From a virus (Duplodnaviria > Heunggongvirae > Uroviricota > Caudoviricetes): DNA of 35,620 nt. Position numbers and translations under genes: made by a program. The notes under the pieces were generated by a model. It was not told where the DNA came from and did no database searches. It was given only the letters and a program-made list of their open reading frames with translations. The DNA lies in the IMG/VR virus record IMGVR_UViG_3300029643_000041; one strand, written 5' to 3'. Numbering within the stretch: the first letter of the stretch is position 1; the number at the start of each line of letters is the position of its first letter. This document shows positions 1-9,479 of this stretch, piece after piece.

Positions 1-55
1 GGCATCAGTCTTAATTAGTGCCACTGCTTTTCTTTGATGTCCCCATTTTGTGGAG

Positions 56-99
56 CCCATCAACCCCGCCATTTCGGTTCAAGGTTGATGGGTTTTTTG
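56..99 (+). terminator. Host-side hairpin plus T-run overlapping attL
   Basis: cccatcaacc / ggttgatggg 10-bp stem with about 17-nt loop, followed by tttttt; the 3' arm and the T-run lie in the att core. Confidence 0.45.
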
Positions 100-113
100 T
101 TGCCTGAAATTTA
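88..113. repeat. attL core, 26-bp direct repeat atgggttttttgttgcctgaaattta
   Basis: Exact copy of the sequence at 34939-34964; lies just outside ogr, where P2/186 phages carry att. Confidence 0.75.
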
Positions 114-154
114 AGATGTTTAAAATCATGATGTTAGAAGCACTGTTTTTTAAC

Positions 155-177
155 GATGGCGACAAAATGGCGGCAGC
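155..177. repeat. Candidate Int arm-type site (P' arm), atggcgacaaaatggcggcagcg
   Basis: Near-identical to 34824-34847 (gtggcgacaaagtggcggcagcgg); the two copies would flank the core as direct repeats in a reconstituted attP. Confidence 0.4.
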
Positions 178-178
178 G

Positions 179-394
179 TCAAAGAGAGAGCGCCACCTGT
201 CCTGATTTCATTGGATGCGGCTGAACCGGATTTGACTCTTTTGGCGTTGCAATCGAACGAACAAAAGTTTCATGGGTAACAAAAGTATGGCTGCAGTTAA
301 TGTTCTGGCACTGGTTGTAACGCTCTTTGGTCAATGAAGATACCTGAAAACTGCTGCGAGTATGGGCGGCACTTCCACACAGTGGGCAAATCAT
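179..394 (-). CDS. ogr: Late gene transcriptional activator, Ogr/B zinc-finger family (72 aa from internal Met)
   Basis: Translation MICPLCGSAAHTRSS...ERYNQCQNINCSHTF has the CxxC...CxxxxC Ogr/Delta zinc-finger pattern and P2 Ogr length; adjacent to att and D. The ORF track begins 12 codons upstream. Confidence 0.85.
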   Translation of the reverse strand: MICPLCGSAAHTRSSFQVSSLTKERYNQCQNINCSHTFVTHETFVRSIATPKESNPVQPHPMKSGQVALSL

Positions 395-487
395 CATTTT
401 TCGAGTTCTCCCCATTTTTGCTAAATTCACAATAATGATACCGCATTATTCCATTTTGCAAACTTAAAAGTTCTCCATTGCGAAGAA

Positions 488-1588
488 TCATTCCATTTCG
501 AAATCATCAATCCTCACTTCAAGCTCCAGACTGGTTGTAAAACCGTTATCGGGGCTGACGGTATGCGTCAGAGTCGTAATGGTCCATTCCGCATCATCTA
601 TCGGCTGTTTAAAGCCACTGACCTTCACAGGCATTTCTGTGTAGAGATCTGCCCGCCCTTCCGCCAGTTGTAGCGAGAATGATGCAACGCCGCGTTGCAG
701 GCGTTCCCACTGCATTTTCGCTGCCCGTTCGGCGTTGCTCCGGTTGGCATAAGTGCGATTAAGTACCAGCACGTTTTCATCCGTACCCACCAGGTAATCG
801 CCCTGCTTCTCTTCCGGCTCTTTCTTCTGCTTCTTAGTCCTGCGCTTACGCTTCACCGTAGTGCTTTCTTTCTTCGCGGGTTCGCGGGTATGCAACCAGC
901 TGGCAATTACCCCCGTGTAAGCTCCGCGATCTGCCAGGGTAAAGCGGTGACTGTCGCCGTCCTTACGTGTGATAGTAATCACCGGCAGTGGTTTACCGCT
1001 GGCGCTTTTGCCCTGTCCCTGCCGGATGAATAACAGATTGCCATTTTTCACCGATGCAATGGCACCGTACTGGCGCGCCAGCCGCATCAAAAAACTGCCG
1101 TCACTCTCATTAGTCTGGTCTATATGCTCCACGGGCTTATCCGACAGGTCTTTACCCAGTGCCATCTTCAGCTTGTGCCGCGCGGCTATTTCCTTCACCA
1201 CTTCCCCGATGGTGGTGTTATGCCACGATTTTTCACGGCGGGTATTCAGCGTTTCCCGAAAATCAGCACTTCGCGCCCGGATAGTCAGGCGGTCCGGTGC
1301 GCCAGTGTGTTCAATCTCGTCCACCGTGAATGCCCCTTTCGGGAAAAGCGGCTGCCCCTTCCAGCCCAGCGCCAGCGTAATGACCGCACCACGGCGCGGC
1401 AGCACGATTTTTCCGTCGGCGTCGTCCAGCTCCAGATCAAGCTGGTCCGCTTCAAAGCCCCGATTGTCCGTCAGCGTCAAACTCATCAGGCGGTTATCCA
1501 GCACAGTGGTGATATCCCTGCCCTCAATACTGATGCTGAATGCGGGAGTTTTGTTGCCTTTGTTAAGCAGTTCAGAGCTGAAATTCAC
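488..1588 (-). CDS. D: Tail protein D (late control gene D)
   Basis: 366 aa, position between ogr and U; recognised as P2 gpD family by sequence. Confidence 0.85.
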   Translation of the reverse strand: MNFSSELLNKGNKTPAFSISIEGRDITTVLDNRLMSLTLTDNRGFEADQLDLELDDADGKIVLPRRGAVITLALGWKGQPLFPKGAFTVDEIEHTGAPDRLTIRARSADFRETLNTRREKSWHNTTIGEVVKEIAARHKLKMALGKDLSDKPVEHIDQTNESDGSFLMRLARQYGAIASVKNGNLLFIRQGQGKSASGKPLPVITITRKDGDSHRFTLADRGAYTGVIASWLHTREPAKKESTTVKRKRRTKKQKKEPEEKQGDYLVGTDENVLVLNRTYANRSNAERAAKMQWERLQRGVASFSLQLAEGRADLYTEMPVKVSGFKQPIDDAEWTITTLTHTVSPDNGFTTSLELEVRIDDFEME

Positions 1589-2070
1589 GACAGAAGCCCT
1601 CCCACCGTTTTACTGATATCGCTTAAGGCAGATGTTGCCGTTCCCTGCAGATTATTCAGCTGCGCACTGAGATCACCGAACATATCGGACAGGGATTCAT
1701 CCACCCGTTTGAGCAACAGGGTGAACTCAATCCGGCGCGGCATACCGTCGCGGAAAAACTCCGTTTTAGTCTGATTCAGTCCCTCAATCACATACATGCC
1801 ATAAATCGTGCCGCTGCCTTCAATCAGGGGCCATGCTTTCCCCTGTTCTGCCATCTGCTCCAGTGCCAGCAACGACAGCCTGCCGCCTGTTATCTCCGGC
1901 ATAAGAACACCGGAAAGCGTCAGCATGTCGTTGTCCGGTCCCAGAAACTGCGTGGACGGACGACGGTTTACCCGACTGTTTGCCGCATGTCGCCAGCTAC
2001 GTTGATACTGCAGTTCCTGATACGGCACGGTGCGCAGCATAAACACGTACAATCCCAGTACCATCATCAT
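1585..2070 (-). CDS. U: Tail protein U
   Basis: 161 aa (P2 gpU is 159 aa); stop overlaps D start; recognised as gpU family. Confidence 0.85.
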   Translation of the reverse strand: MMMVLGLYVFMLRTVPYQELQYQRSWRHAANSRVNRRPSTQFLGPDNDMLTLSGVLMPEITGGRLSLLALEQMAEQGKAWPLIEGSGTIYGMYVIEGLNQTKTEFFRDGMPRRIEFTLLLKRVDESLSDMFGDLSAQLNNLQGTATSALSDISKTVGGLLS

Positions 2071-5000
2071 GCGTCGTATCCCCCCTGATCGCTGTAGTTA
2101 CTCCTGGCTTTTGCCTTCAGCCTGCGTTCACGTTCATCAAGCTGGCGGGCCACCTCCCGCGCAATATCCTGCGCACTTTGTCCTGGCTGTGTCTGGATGA
2201 TGATCTGCGTCGGTGCTTCAATCCGGTAAATGGGCGGCACAGTAGCTGCACGACTCACCATCGCTTCACCGCCTTTCGCGGGAAGCGCCAACGGATGCAA
2301 CGGTGGAAGCTCTGCAGGCGCGGCAGCAACGCCCATCATTCCGGCAACAACGGCAGCCAGTGCAGCTGTATTTCTCCGGCTGGTCACATTTGCCGGGCCG
2401 TTAACAATTTCCGGCCCGTTTTCACCGACGATGCCAAACTGCCCGCGCGGGATATAGCCGCCGCTGTCATACATCCCCGCAAAGCCATATCCCCATGACG
2501 GAAAACCACCCGATGGCATCATCACTTTACCGTCTGCATTCACCGTCGCAGGTTGCTGACGCGTCACGCTTTCCGGCAGTTTCGCCTTTGCAGCCTCTTT
2601 ACTGACAATGCCGAGTTTATCCAGCAACCAGGAAACGCCGGATTTCAGGGAGTCCAGCGGATGCATGACCATATTCAGCCCTTCCGCCAGTGCCTCCCCG
2701 AATCTCCGCCCCATTGCCGCTGCGCTCTGCAGTTCGGCAGAGGTCGACTTAACGGGTGTCAGCAGATCAGTAAACCAGCCCCACAGCGCCTGCACTTTGT
2801 CGCCAATCCACTGAAACACAGGCTTAAGTGGTTCGAACGCTGCACTGATGGGACCTGCCGCCGCTTTGAATCCTTCCACCACGCCACCAAGAAATGCGGT
2901 GATGGGTTGCCAGTATTTCCAGACAACCAGCGCCACGCCCGCCAGTGCAGTAACCACAAGACCTATCGGACTGAGCAGAGCGCCTAACAGACCAGATATG
3001 GCATACAGAGCAACGCGCAGCATCGCCAGCGGGCCGGATGCCAGCACTCGCAGCACCGCGCCTGCGGCTGCCAGTCCACCGCGCAGTACCGCCAGAGGAT
3101 TCATAAACATCACAGCAACAGCACGTAAAGCGGATAATCCAGACCGCAACAGTGCAACCGGCGCACCTGCTACAGTTTTCAGGACATTCCCCGTCAGTGA
3201 TGCCGTGCGGCGCAAAGACGACAACGGCGCAGTAAGTAAACCCGCTGCGTTGCCCGATGAAGCAAGCCTGCGTCGCAGCAGTGCCAGTGGAGCGCCAGCT
3301 AACCAAGACAACGCGCTGCTGGTTCGTGTTACTGCTGCCGTAACGGAAGGTAACGTTTTGATACCCAGCACAGAGAATCCCAGACGGATGACTGCCAGCG
3401 GCCCCAGCACTGCAGCCAGCGCCACCGCTAAGGTGCCGAGGCCCACGGTAACGGCAGCCACAACAGCCGCTACTTTCATCAGTGTGCCTGTCAGTTCCGG
3501 GTTAGCTTCCACCCAGCGGCGCAACGACCCCGTGATGCTTTTCACCGTGTACAGAATATCCATCAGCGGCTGGCGCAGCGTTTCGCCCAGGCTGCTGAAG
3601 GTGTTCTGCGCTCCGGTTTTGACCAGCAACCACTGAGCAGAAAGTGAGTCTTTGTTGATGTCGGATTCTTTCTGCATGGAACCGAGCGCATCATTGCCCG
3701 CTGTCAGTTTTAACTGGCGCTGCAGTTCCGGAAGGTTGTTTGCCAGTTTCGCCGCGTCATCTCCAAACTCTTTACCAAACAACATGGTCATGGCAGACAG
3801 ACGCTTATCCTGCGGCAGTGCGTTCACCTTCTCCAGCACACGCTGGATAGTTCCCATCGCATCCTTCGTCATCTGCTTTTCAATCACTTCAGGATTGAGT
3901 TTCAGCAGATTCATCCCTTCAAAGAAACTCTTGCTCTGCATGGTGGCAATGGACAATTCACGCACCATCGCGTTTGCTGCACTGGCTGCAACCTCCGGCG
4001 CAGCGCCCAGTGTCAGGAAGGTGGAACCCAGCGCCGCCGCTTTACGATAATCCAGACGGTCAGCCACACCGCCCAGACGTTGCATGACATCAATGATGTC
4101 TGCCCCTTTCGACATGGCGTTATCATCCAGATAGTTCAGCGCATCACCGAGCTGTTCAATATTGCGGGTAGGGATTTTGTAGAGCTGGGCGATTTTCCCC
4201 AGACTTTCTGACAGTTCATCCGCTGGCAGCTCAAAGGCTGTTGCAGCCTTTGCTGCCGTACTGGCGAAGGCCAGCAGGTCACGTTTCTGGTCTTCCCAGC
4301 TGTCGTCAGGATTTGCGACGTTCATGCGCGCACCACCTTCAACCAGTGCGGCAAAGTCCACAGCACCGTTTTCCATCGGCAACTGTTCGCTGGCAGCCTT
4401 GATGGCATCCTGCATTTCGTAAAAACGCGCAGTGCGGTTGCCATTATCATCACGCAGACCATTGACCTGCTTTGCCACACCTTTCATGGCATCTTCCATG
4501 CTGGTATAGCTTTTTACTGCTGCCATCACTGGCGCACCCATTGCCAGCCCTGCAGCCGTGGTAGTGGCTCCGGCTCCTGCAATGCGATCGCGCACTTCAA
4601 GCCGTCTTGAGTATTGTTCTCTGGCAGCGTTCATCCGTGCCTGTTGTTCACCCAGACGTTTAAGTGCTTTTTGCTGGCCCTCCAGTGCCTGCCTTGTTTC
4701 TTCAGCATTTTTCTTAAGTTCTCGCTGGGCACTACTGAGTTGTCTGGTATCAATCCCTGATTCTTTAAGTGCCTGACGTTGTCTCTGGACCGCCCCCAAC
4801 AAGCCGTTATAGGTCTGCTGAAGTTCCTGTACTCGTGTTTTGGCCTGACTGAATAACTTTGCCTGCGCGGCGGTTGGCCTGTTAGTGGCAGCAAATTGTG
4901 TGGCGAGTTTTGCCGCCTCTTCGCGGGCTGCGTTCAGGTTGTTGGCTGTTATGGCTAGTTGCGAGCGCGTCTTGCGAAATTCATCAATTCTGCCAGCCTG

Positions 5001-5144
5001 CTTATTCAGTTCTTTGAGGCTGTTTCGGGTATTCTGAATTGCGCCAGCCAGCTCTTTCGAACTGGCCTGTGCAGCACGGAATGGGCGGGTGAGTTTGTCA
5101 ACCGCATTAAGAATGACCTGCAGGCGCAGGTTATTATCACTCAT
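2067..5144 (-). CDS. T: Tail tape measure protein
   Basis: 1025 aa with a coiled-coil-rich N-terminus and Ala/Gly/Leu-rich hydrophobic repeats; sits between E/E' and U. Longer than P2 gpT (815 aa). Confidence 0.9.
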   Translation of the reverse strand: MSDNNLRLQVILNAVDKLTRPFRAAQASSKELAGAIQNTRNSLKELNKQAGRIDEFRKTRSQLAITANNLNAAREEAAKLATQFAATNRPTAAQAKLFSQAKTRVQELQQTYNGLLGAVQRQRQALKESGIDTRQLSSAQRELKKNAEETRQALEGQQKALKRLGEQQARMNAAREQYSRRLEVRDRIAGAGATTTAAGLAMGAPVMAAVKSYTSMEDAMKGVAKQVNGLRDDNGNRTARFYEMQDAIKAASEQLPMENGAVDFAALVEGGARMNVANPDDSWEDQKRDLLAFASTAAKAATAFELPADELSESLGKIAQLYKIPTRNIEQLGDALNYLDDNAMSKGADIIDVMQRLGGVADRLDYRKAAALGSTFLTLGAAPEVAASAANAMVRELSIATMQSKSFFEGMNLLKLNPEVIEKQMTKDAMGTIQRVLEKVNALPQDKRLSAMTMLFGKEFGDDAAKLANNLPELQRQLKLTAGNDALGSMQKESDINKDSLSAQWLLVKTGAQNTFSSLGETLRQPLMDILYTVKSITGSLRRWVEANPELTGTLMKVAAVVAAVTVGLGTLAVALAAVLGPLAVIRLGFSVLGIKTLPSVTAAVTRTSSALSWLAGAPLALLRRRLASSGNAAGLLTAPLSSLRRTASLTGNVLKTVAGAPVALLRSGLSALRAVAVMFMNPLAVLRGGLAAAGAVLRVLASGPLAMLRVALYAISGLLGALLSPIGLVVTALAGVALVVWKYWQPITAFLGGVVEGFKAAAGPISAAFEPLKPVFQWIGDKVQALWGWFTDLLTPVKSTSAELQSAAAMGRRFGEALAEGLNMVMHPLDSLKSGVSWLLDKLGIVSKEAAKAKLPESVTRQQPATVNADGKVMMPSGGFPSWGYGFAGMYDSGGYIPRGQFGIVGENGPEIVNGPANVTSRRNTAALAAVVAGMMGVAAAPAELPPLHPLALPAKGGEAMVSRAATVPPIYRIEAPTQIIIQTQPGQSAQDIAREVARQLDERERRLKAKARSNYSDQGGYDA

Positions 5145-5573
5145 CGTTGGCCCCGCTTCTCTGAATCGCTTTATACCGCCATTCCAGCACTTCGGTCAGC
5201 GGCATAACGTCAGTAACGGATGGCGGCCAGTGAAAAATGGTGGCGATATCTGCCACCAGATCGTCAACCGTCAGGCTGTCGGTAAACCGGCAAGTACCGA
5301 CTTCTTCAACAAAAAAGTGACAACCTCAACCGACATAGCGGTGAGATCTGCCGGGTCCATCTCTGCAATTTCCTGTGCGGTCAGTGCCGGACTGGAGATG
5401 CGGGGGATCACGGTCATCATCGCGTTTACATCCATATCCATAATGGCCTGCAGGCGTGTACCGCGCAGCGCACCGGACTGCGGTTTACGCAGCACAATTT
5501 CGGTGATTTCTGTTTTACCGCGCTTGATGGGGGTATCCAGTTGAATGGTCTTTTCAGTCTGCTTATCGCTCAT
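5137..5573 (-). CDS. E': E+E' fusion product made by a programmed -1 frameshift at T TTT TTG
   Basis: Slippery heptamer in the E frame at 5316..5310 (minus strand); the -1 frame then stays open (VEEVGTCRFTDSLTVDDLVADIATIFHWPPSVTDVMPLTEVLEWRYKAIQRSGANDE) to a TGA at 5139-5137, overlapping the T start, as in P2. Confidence 0.6.
5271..5573 (-). CDS. E: Tail assembly chaperone E
   Basis: 100 aa ORF ending ...VTFLLKKSVLAGLPTA; contains the T TTT TTG slippery heptamer near its 3' end. Confidence 0.85.
   Translation of the reverse strand: MSDKQTEKTIQLDTPIKRGKTEITEIVLRKPQSGALRGTRLQAIMDMDVNAMMTVIPRISSPALTAQEIAEMDPADLTAMSVEVVTFLLKKSVLAGLPTA
5310..5316 (-). promoter_or_regulatory. -1 ribosomal frameshift slippery site T TTT TTG
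   Basis: Read directly from the minus strand in the E reading frame. Confidence 0.6.
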
Positions 5574-5627
5574 TTTGCTGTCCTGTAAATTGGGTTCTGG
5601 CGCGGCATTCCGCGCCGTTCAGATACA

Positions 5628-6143
5628 TCAGAGGCCGAGTGCGTTGCGGTGCGCTTCCATCAGGTCCACACCGTCCACAATTTCCACCATGTTGATAAGG
5701 TCCACTTCATAGAGCACCTCACCATTGATGGTCAGCTTCGCGTAGCTGTTGGTACTGGTCACTTTGGTGGTGTTGCTTTCGCCCGTCTTCCACTCACCAG
5801 AGTCAACTTCTTTGTGACGTCCACGCACCACAAGCTCCACGGCCTGCACTTCCCCGGTATCGTCACGCTGGATAGAGCCGGTAAAGCGCAACTGGATGCC
5901 ATCCACCGTGGCTTTGCCCATCTGCTTAAACAGCAGCAGTTCAGTACCACCAATGGAAAATTCTGTGTCCAGCGCACTGTCATCAAGCCCCAGATCCACA
6001 TCCACTGCACCTGGCATTCCGCCGCCGCGATACTTCTCATATTTGCGGGTGAATTTCGGCAGCGTCAGCGACTCTACGATCCCCTGCCAGTTGTTCCCGT
6101 CGTTAAACAGGTTCAGATGTTTTAATTTGCGTGGTAAAGCCAT
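5628..6143 (-). CDS. FII: Tail tube protein FII
   Basis: 171 aa (P2 FII is 172 aa), immediately downstream of FI. Confidence 0.9.
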   Translation of the reverse strand: MALPRKLKHLNLFNDGNNWQGIVESLTLPKFTRKYEKYRGGGMPGAVDVDLGLDDSALDTEFSIGGTELLLFKQMGKATVDGIQLRFTGSIQRDDTGEVQAVELVVRGRHKEVDSGEWKTGESNTTKVTSTNSYAKLTINGEVLYEVDLINMVEIVDGVDLMEAHRNALGL

Positions 6144-6152
6144 GTTGTCCCC

Positions 6153-7325
6153 TTACGCGCTGACCTGGCTGGCAAAATTCACCAGATACTGATCGGTGAT
6201 GCGCTGGCGCAGCATCAGATTTTCAAGTGGCGGCACTGGCGTGTAGTCGTAGTCGATGGTGAGCTTCCCGGCTTTCAGCGTGTCTTTATCGTTCACCGAC
6301 TCGTCCAGCCAGCAATCACCACCAATGAGATAGCCCTGACTGACCAGGCTGCGCATTTTGGCGCGGATACCTTCGATAATGTCGCGGGCCAGCGACTGAT
6401 TCAGCGGTTTGTCCACCGCCCACATGTGCGCTTCTGCCATCGTGTCCATCAGCACCTGCGCCGTGCGGGTGTAGTTTTCGAAGGCAAAGAGCGGATCATC
6501 GCTCAGACAGCGGGAACCCCAGAAGCGAAAACCATCCTTGCGCACAAGCGTGGTGACGTCGTTCTGGTTCAGCAGACCTGCATCGGTTGCCGGGTCCTGC
6601 AGATCCCAGAACACATCTGCAGAAATTCCGGTGACACCGTTCACGCCCACGTTGGACAGGCTTTTGTGCCATCCGGTTTGCTCGTCAATTTTGGCGCGCA
6701 GACCAAGCGCACGGGCGGTGGCATATGCCGTTGCTTCGGCATTCAGCACAGTGTCCCAGCCAGTAAAGTCAGGCCAGATCAGCATCCCTTCGCGCTGGCT
6801 AAAGTTTTCACGGTAAGTGATCGCCTCCTGTACCGTCTTGCAGCCATATGCTGACAGGTAAGCAAATCCACGCAGGCTTTGCGCCACGCTCAGCAACTCA
6901 GTAGCTACCGCCTTGGTGTCGTGGCCTGGCACGCCGAGAATGCGCGGTTTAACGCCGAGCTGTGACTGGGCAGATAACAGGGCTTTCATACCTGTTTTTT
7001 TACCTTCAGCAGTCACTGCGCCGATGATATTGGTCGTGGTTTCGTCTTCCGTTTCACCCTGCGGCACACGCACAACAACGGTCACGGGTTTTGCCTGGTC
7101 AGCGATGGCATCCAGCGAACGGGCCAGCGTACCGGACTCACCCGCTTTACCGCTGGCAGTAAGCACATCAGTGATCAGCACGGGTTTATTAAGAGGGAAC
7201 ATTTTTGCATCGGCATCATCGCCCGTGCAGACCATGCCCACGATGGCGGTGCTCACCGTAGTAATGGATCGAGTGCCTTCGTTGACTTCAACAACGCGCA
7301 CCCCGTGGTGGTAATCCTGAGCCAT
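6153..7325 (-). CDS. FI: Tail sheath protein FI
   Basis: 390 aa (P2 FI is 396 aa); recognised as contractile sheath family. Confidence 0.9.
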   Translation of the reverse strand: MAQDYHHGVRVVEVNEGTRSITTVSTAIVGMVCTGDDADAKMFPLNKPVLITDVLTASGKAGESGTLARSLDAIADQAKPVTVVVRVPQGETEDETTTNIIGAVTAEGKKTGMKALLSAQSQLGVKPRILGVPGHDTKAVATELLSVAQSLRGFAYLSAYGCKTVQEAITYRENFSQREGMLIWPDFTGWDTVLNAEATAYATARALGLRAKIDEQTGWHKSLSNVGVNGVTGISADVFWDLQDPATDAGLLNQNDVTTLVRKDGFRFWGSRCLSDDPLFAFENYTRTAQVLMDTMAEAHMWAVDKPLNQSLARDIIEGIRAKMRSLVSQGYLIGGDCWLDESVNDKDTLKAGKLTIDYDYTPVPPLENLMLRQRITDQYLVNFASQVSA

Positions 7326-7401
7326 AGTGGCGAACCTCCTGATTGGATTAGGCTTCGCCCTATGTTGAAGTGATTGTGCCTGACAAACAGCTAAGCGCAG
7401 T

Positions 7402-7419
7402 TGTACCGTTATTCACACA
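7402..7419. promoter_or_regulatory. Candidate Ogr-dependent late promoter dyad (TGT-N12-ACA) upstream of FI
   Basis: tgtaccgttattcacaca, 77-94 nt upstream of the FI start; same TGTACCG...CACACA pattern as the dyad upstream of P. Confidence 0.45.
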
Positions 7420-7467
7420 AAATGACGGTATTTGTCTGCTTTCAGGGATAATCAAAATAAAGCTGAG

Positions 7468-8034
7468 TCAGGGAGATTCATTGCTCTTATTTGCCGGAAA
7501 TTTTCGATAAATGGTAGAAACGCCTACATCAAAAATCAGTGCAATACGCTGTCTTGATTCTCCGGCCTCGAGTAAACGCCCAATCTGTGCCCACTGTTCG
7601 CTGGTCAACTTAGGACGGCGTCCACCTACTCTGCCTTTAACACGAGCTGCAGCCAGCCCTGCCCTGGTACGTTCAACTATCAGTTCGCGTTCCATTTCAG
7701 CCAGGGCACCCATGACATGAAAAAAGAAACGGCCCATTGGGGTACTGGTATCAATACTGTCAGTCAGGCTTCGGAAATTCACGCCACGCTGGCGCAACTC
7801 TTCTATCAGCGTAACAAGATGCCGCATACTGCGCCCCAACCTGTCCAGCTTCCAGACAACCAGCGTGTCTCCTGCCGATAGTGTTCTGAGCAGTTTTTTC
7901 AGTCCCGGTCGGTCGGACTTCGTGCCGCTGATTTTATCCTCAAAAATCCGCTCGCATCCTGCGCACTCCAGCGCGTTACGCTGCAATTCCGTGTTCTGGT
8001 CATTTGTTGACACGCGTACATAGCCAATAAGCAT
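7468..8034 (-). CDS. Serine recombinase, DNA invertase of the Gin/Hin/Pin/Cin family
   Basis: 188 aa; MLIGYVRVSTNDQ...DTLVVWKLDRLGRS...MGRFFFHVMGALAEMERELIVERT...GGRRPKL...GVSTIYRKF closely resembles Hin/Gin, including the catalytic Ser region and C-terminal HTH. Confidence 0.9.
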   Translation of the reverse strand: MLIGYVRVSTNDQNTELQRNALECAGCERIFEDKISGTKSDRPGLKKLLRTLSAGDTLVVWKLDRLGRSMRHLVTLIEELRQRGVNFRSLTDSIDTSTPMGRFFFHVMGALAEMERELIVERTRAGLAAARVKGRVGGRRPKLTSEQWAQIGRLLEAGESRQRIALIFDVGVSTIYRKFPANKSNESP

Positions 8035-8091
8035 GAGTATCCCCCTGAATAAAAACCGGAGATGATGCCTGTTGCCCGTTATCTCTGCATT

Positions 8092-8115
8092 TTCATAAAC
8101 GTTGGTTTAGGAGAA
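8092..8115. repeat. Inversion crossover site 1 (gix/hix-like)
   Basis: ttcataaacgttggtttaggagaa; its reverse complement shares a 14-bp half-site (ttctcctaaaccaa) with the site at 9881-9906; lies next to the invertase gene. Confidence 0.65.
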
Positions 8116-8460
8116 GCGGCGAAAAGGGATGTGGGCACAGGAGATAATCAGATACCGGATATGTCTTTCTGGTCTTCCGCATCGGGTGGCGTTAATTTCC
8201 CTAATGGATTCCAGATGCGATTCGGTGCTATCGCTGGTAATGGTGGAAAATTATTTTCTACGCCATTTACAAATCAGTGCTATGGCATTGTTTTCGGACA
8301 AACATATGGAGCCAACTACTGGATGTTCAGCCCGATGTACAGAGCATCTGATCTGAGTAATACCAGTTTTGCATTCATTAACAAAGCCTGGTCTGGAATT
8401 CCGGGGACAGGTGCTCAGGACGCTGGTGAATCAGTTTTTTATATTGCAGTAGGGTATTAA
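8104..8460 (+). CDS. Alternative, currently unexpressed tail-fibre C-terminal segment
   Basis: Open frame from the crossover site encoding GLGEAAKRDVG...NGFQMRFGAIAG...; would join the constant part of H (…LSYLGLGE) in frame after inversion. Confidence 0.6.
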   Translation, partial: GLGEAAKRDVGTGDNQIPDMSFWSSASGGVNFPNGFQMRFGAIAGNGGKLFSTPFTNQCYGIVFGQTYGANYWMFSPMYRASDLSNTSFAFINKAWSGIPGTGAQDAGESVFYIAVGY

Positions 8461-8461
8461 T

Positions 8462-8905
8462 ATGGAAATGGTTTATAGCGCCTCAAATAATAGTTTTTTC
8501 GCTAAAAATGATGTGGCGAAATATGAACAGGCCGGATGGGAACTTGCTGATATTGTCGAAGTGACATATGACACTTACCTGGAATTTATTGAAGACAGAA
8601 CGTTGCAAGGGAAAGTACGCATCGCGGGTGATGATGGCCTTCCCACCTGGGGGGAAATTCCACCGCCAACTCATGAGGAACAAATTGCCGCAGCCGAACT
8701 GGAAAAGCAGCAATTGATTAATCAGGTCAACGAATACATAAACAGTAAGCAATGGCCTGGTAAAGCAGCGATTGGTCGCCTAAAAGGTGAGGAACTGGCG
8801 CAATATAATTTGTGGCTGGATTATCTGGACGCACTGGAACTGGTTGATACCTCCAGTGCTCCAGATATTGAATGGCCTACGCCTCCGGCAGTTCAGGCCA
8901 GATGA
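8462..8905 (+). CDS. Alternative tail fibre assembly protein
   Basis: 147 aa; C-terminus (…ELVDTSSAPDIEWPTPP) parallels the C-terminus of G (…TATDTSTAPDVIWPELP); converges on G with a 29-bp 3' overlap. Confidence 0.75.
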   Translation: MEMVYSASNNSFFAKNDVAKYEQAGWELADIVEVTYDTYLEFIEDRTLQGKVRIAGDDGLPTWGEIPPPTHEEQIAAAELEKQQLINQVNEYINSKQWPGKAAIGRLKGEELAQYNLWLDYLDALELVDTSSAPDIEWPTPPAVQAR

Positions 8906-9479
8906 CGTCCGGCGCTGTGCTGGTATCTGTTGCCGTCACCGCATCAATGTAATCCAGCACAGCGTTAAGTCGGGTGTTTTCTGTCTGCGTCAGCTTCCGC
9001 CCGGCCTGCAATTTCAGTTGAATCAGACTAATGGAAGCCATTGCAGTATCAATCAGTGACTGACGCTGTGCTTCTGCCGCGTCTAGTGCGGCGCTATGCT
9101 GTGCCTCAGTATCTGTCACCCATTTCTCACCATCCCATTCATCGTATGGCGTTAACGGGGCGATAGTGGTTGTATTTTCAGGGTAATCACCTGGTGCTGT
9201 GATTTCTTTTGATTCTCCTGTTTCGGTGCTAAAAACGATTTCACCGCGATGGTCTGGCACATATTCCCATGAGTTAAAATCTGCAGAACGGCAGATTGCA
9301 TAACCAGCTTTACGTGTAACTGGTGAATCTAAACAGGAATATGCAGGGATACCGACACCAATGGCAAGATATTCATTTGAAGTAGAAATATATTCCCGAG
9401 TTTTACCATCATAGTTATAGACGGTAATATTCCCCGCCTTCGTGGCAATAAGCTCGCTATTTAATACGGCGTTATCCAT
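8877..9479 (-). CDS. G: Tail fibre assembly protein G
   Basis: 200 aa directly downstream of H; carries the conserved Tfa C-terminal motif. Confidence 0.85.
   Translation of the reverse strand: MDNAVLNSELIATKAGNITVYNYDGKTREYISTSNEYLAIGVGIPAYSCLDSPVTRKAGYAICRSADFNSWEYVPDHRGEIVFSTETGESKEITAPGDYPENTTTIAPLTPYDEWDGEKWVTDTEAQHSAALDAAEAQRQSLIDTAMASISLIQLKLQAGRKLTQTENTRLNAVLDYIDAVTATDTSTAPDVIWPELPEA

Noticed and set aside
1-120. Possible tRNA or tmRNA 3' end as integration target
   Set aside because: The left flank has a hairpin plus T-run but no cloverleaf-compatible arms or CCA-end context; attR abuts the 3' end of a protein-coding TetR gene, so integration appears to be in an intergenic terminator region.
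2178-4050. Multiple 100-260 aa ORFs on the plus strand inside the tape-measure gene
   Set aside because: They are antisense to a well-supported 1025-aa gene in GC-rich DNA and their translations are low-complexity Ala/Arg/Ser/Thr-rich; typical shadow ORFs.
5649-6125. 158-aa plus-strand ORF opposite FII
   Set aside because: Antisense to the conserved tail tube gene; His/Val-rich translation with no motifs.
8129-8752. Small ORFs (8129-8356 plus strand, 8483-8752 minus strand) within the invertible segment
   Set aside because: They overlap the better-supported alternative fibre C-terminus and Tfa frames and lack recognisable motifs.
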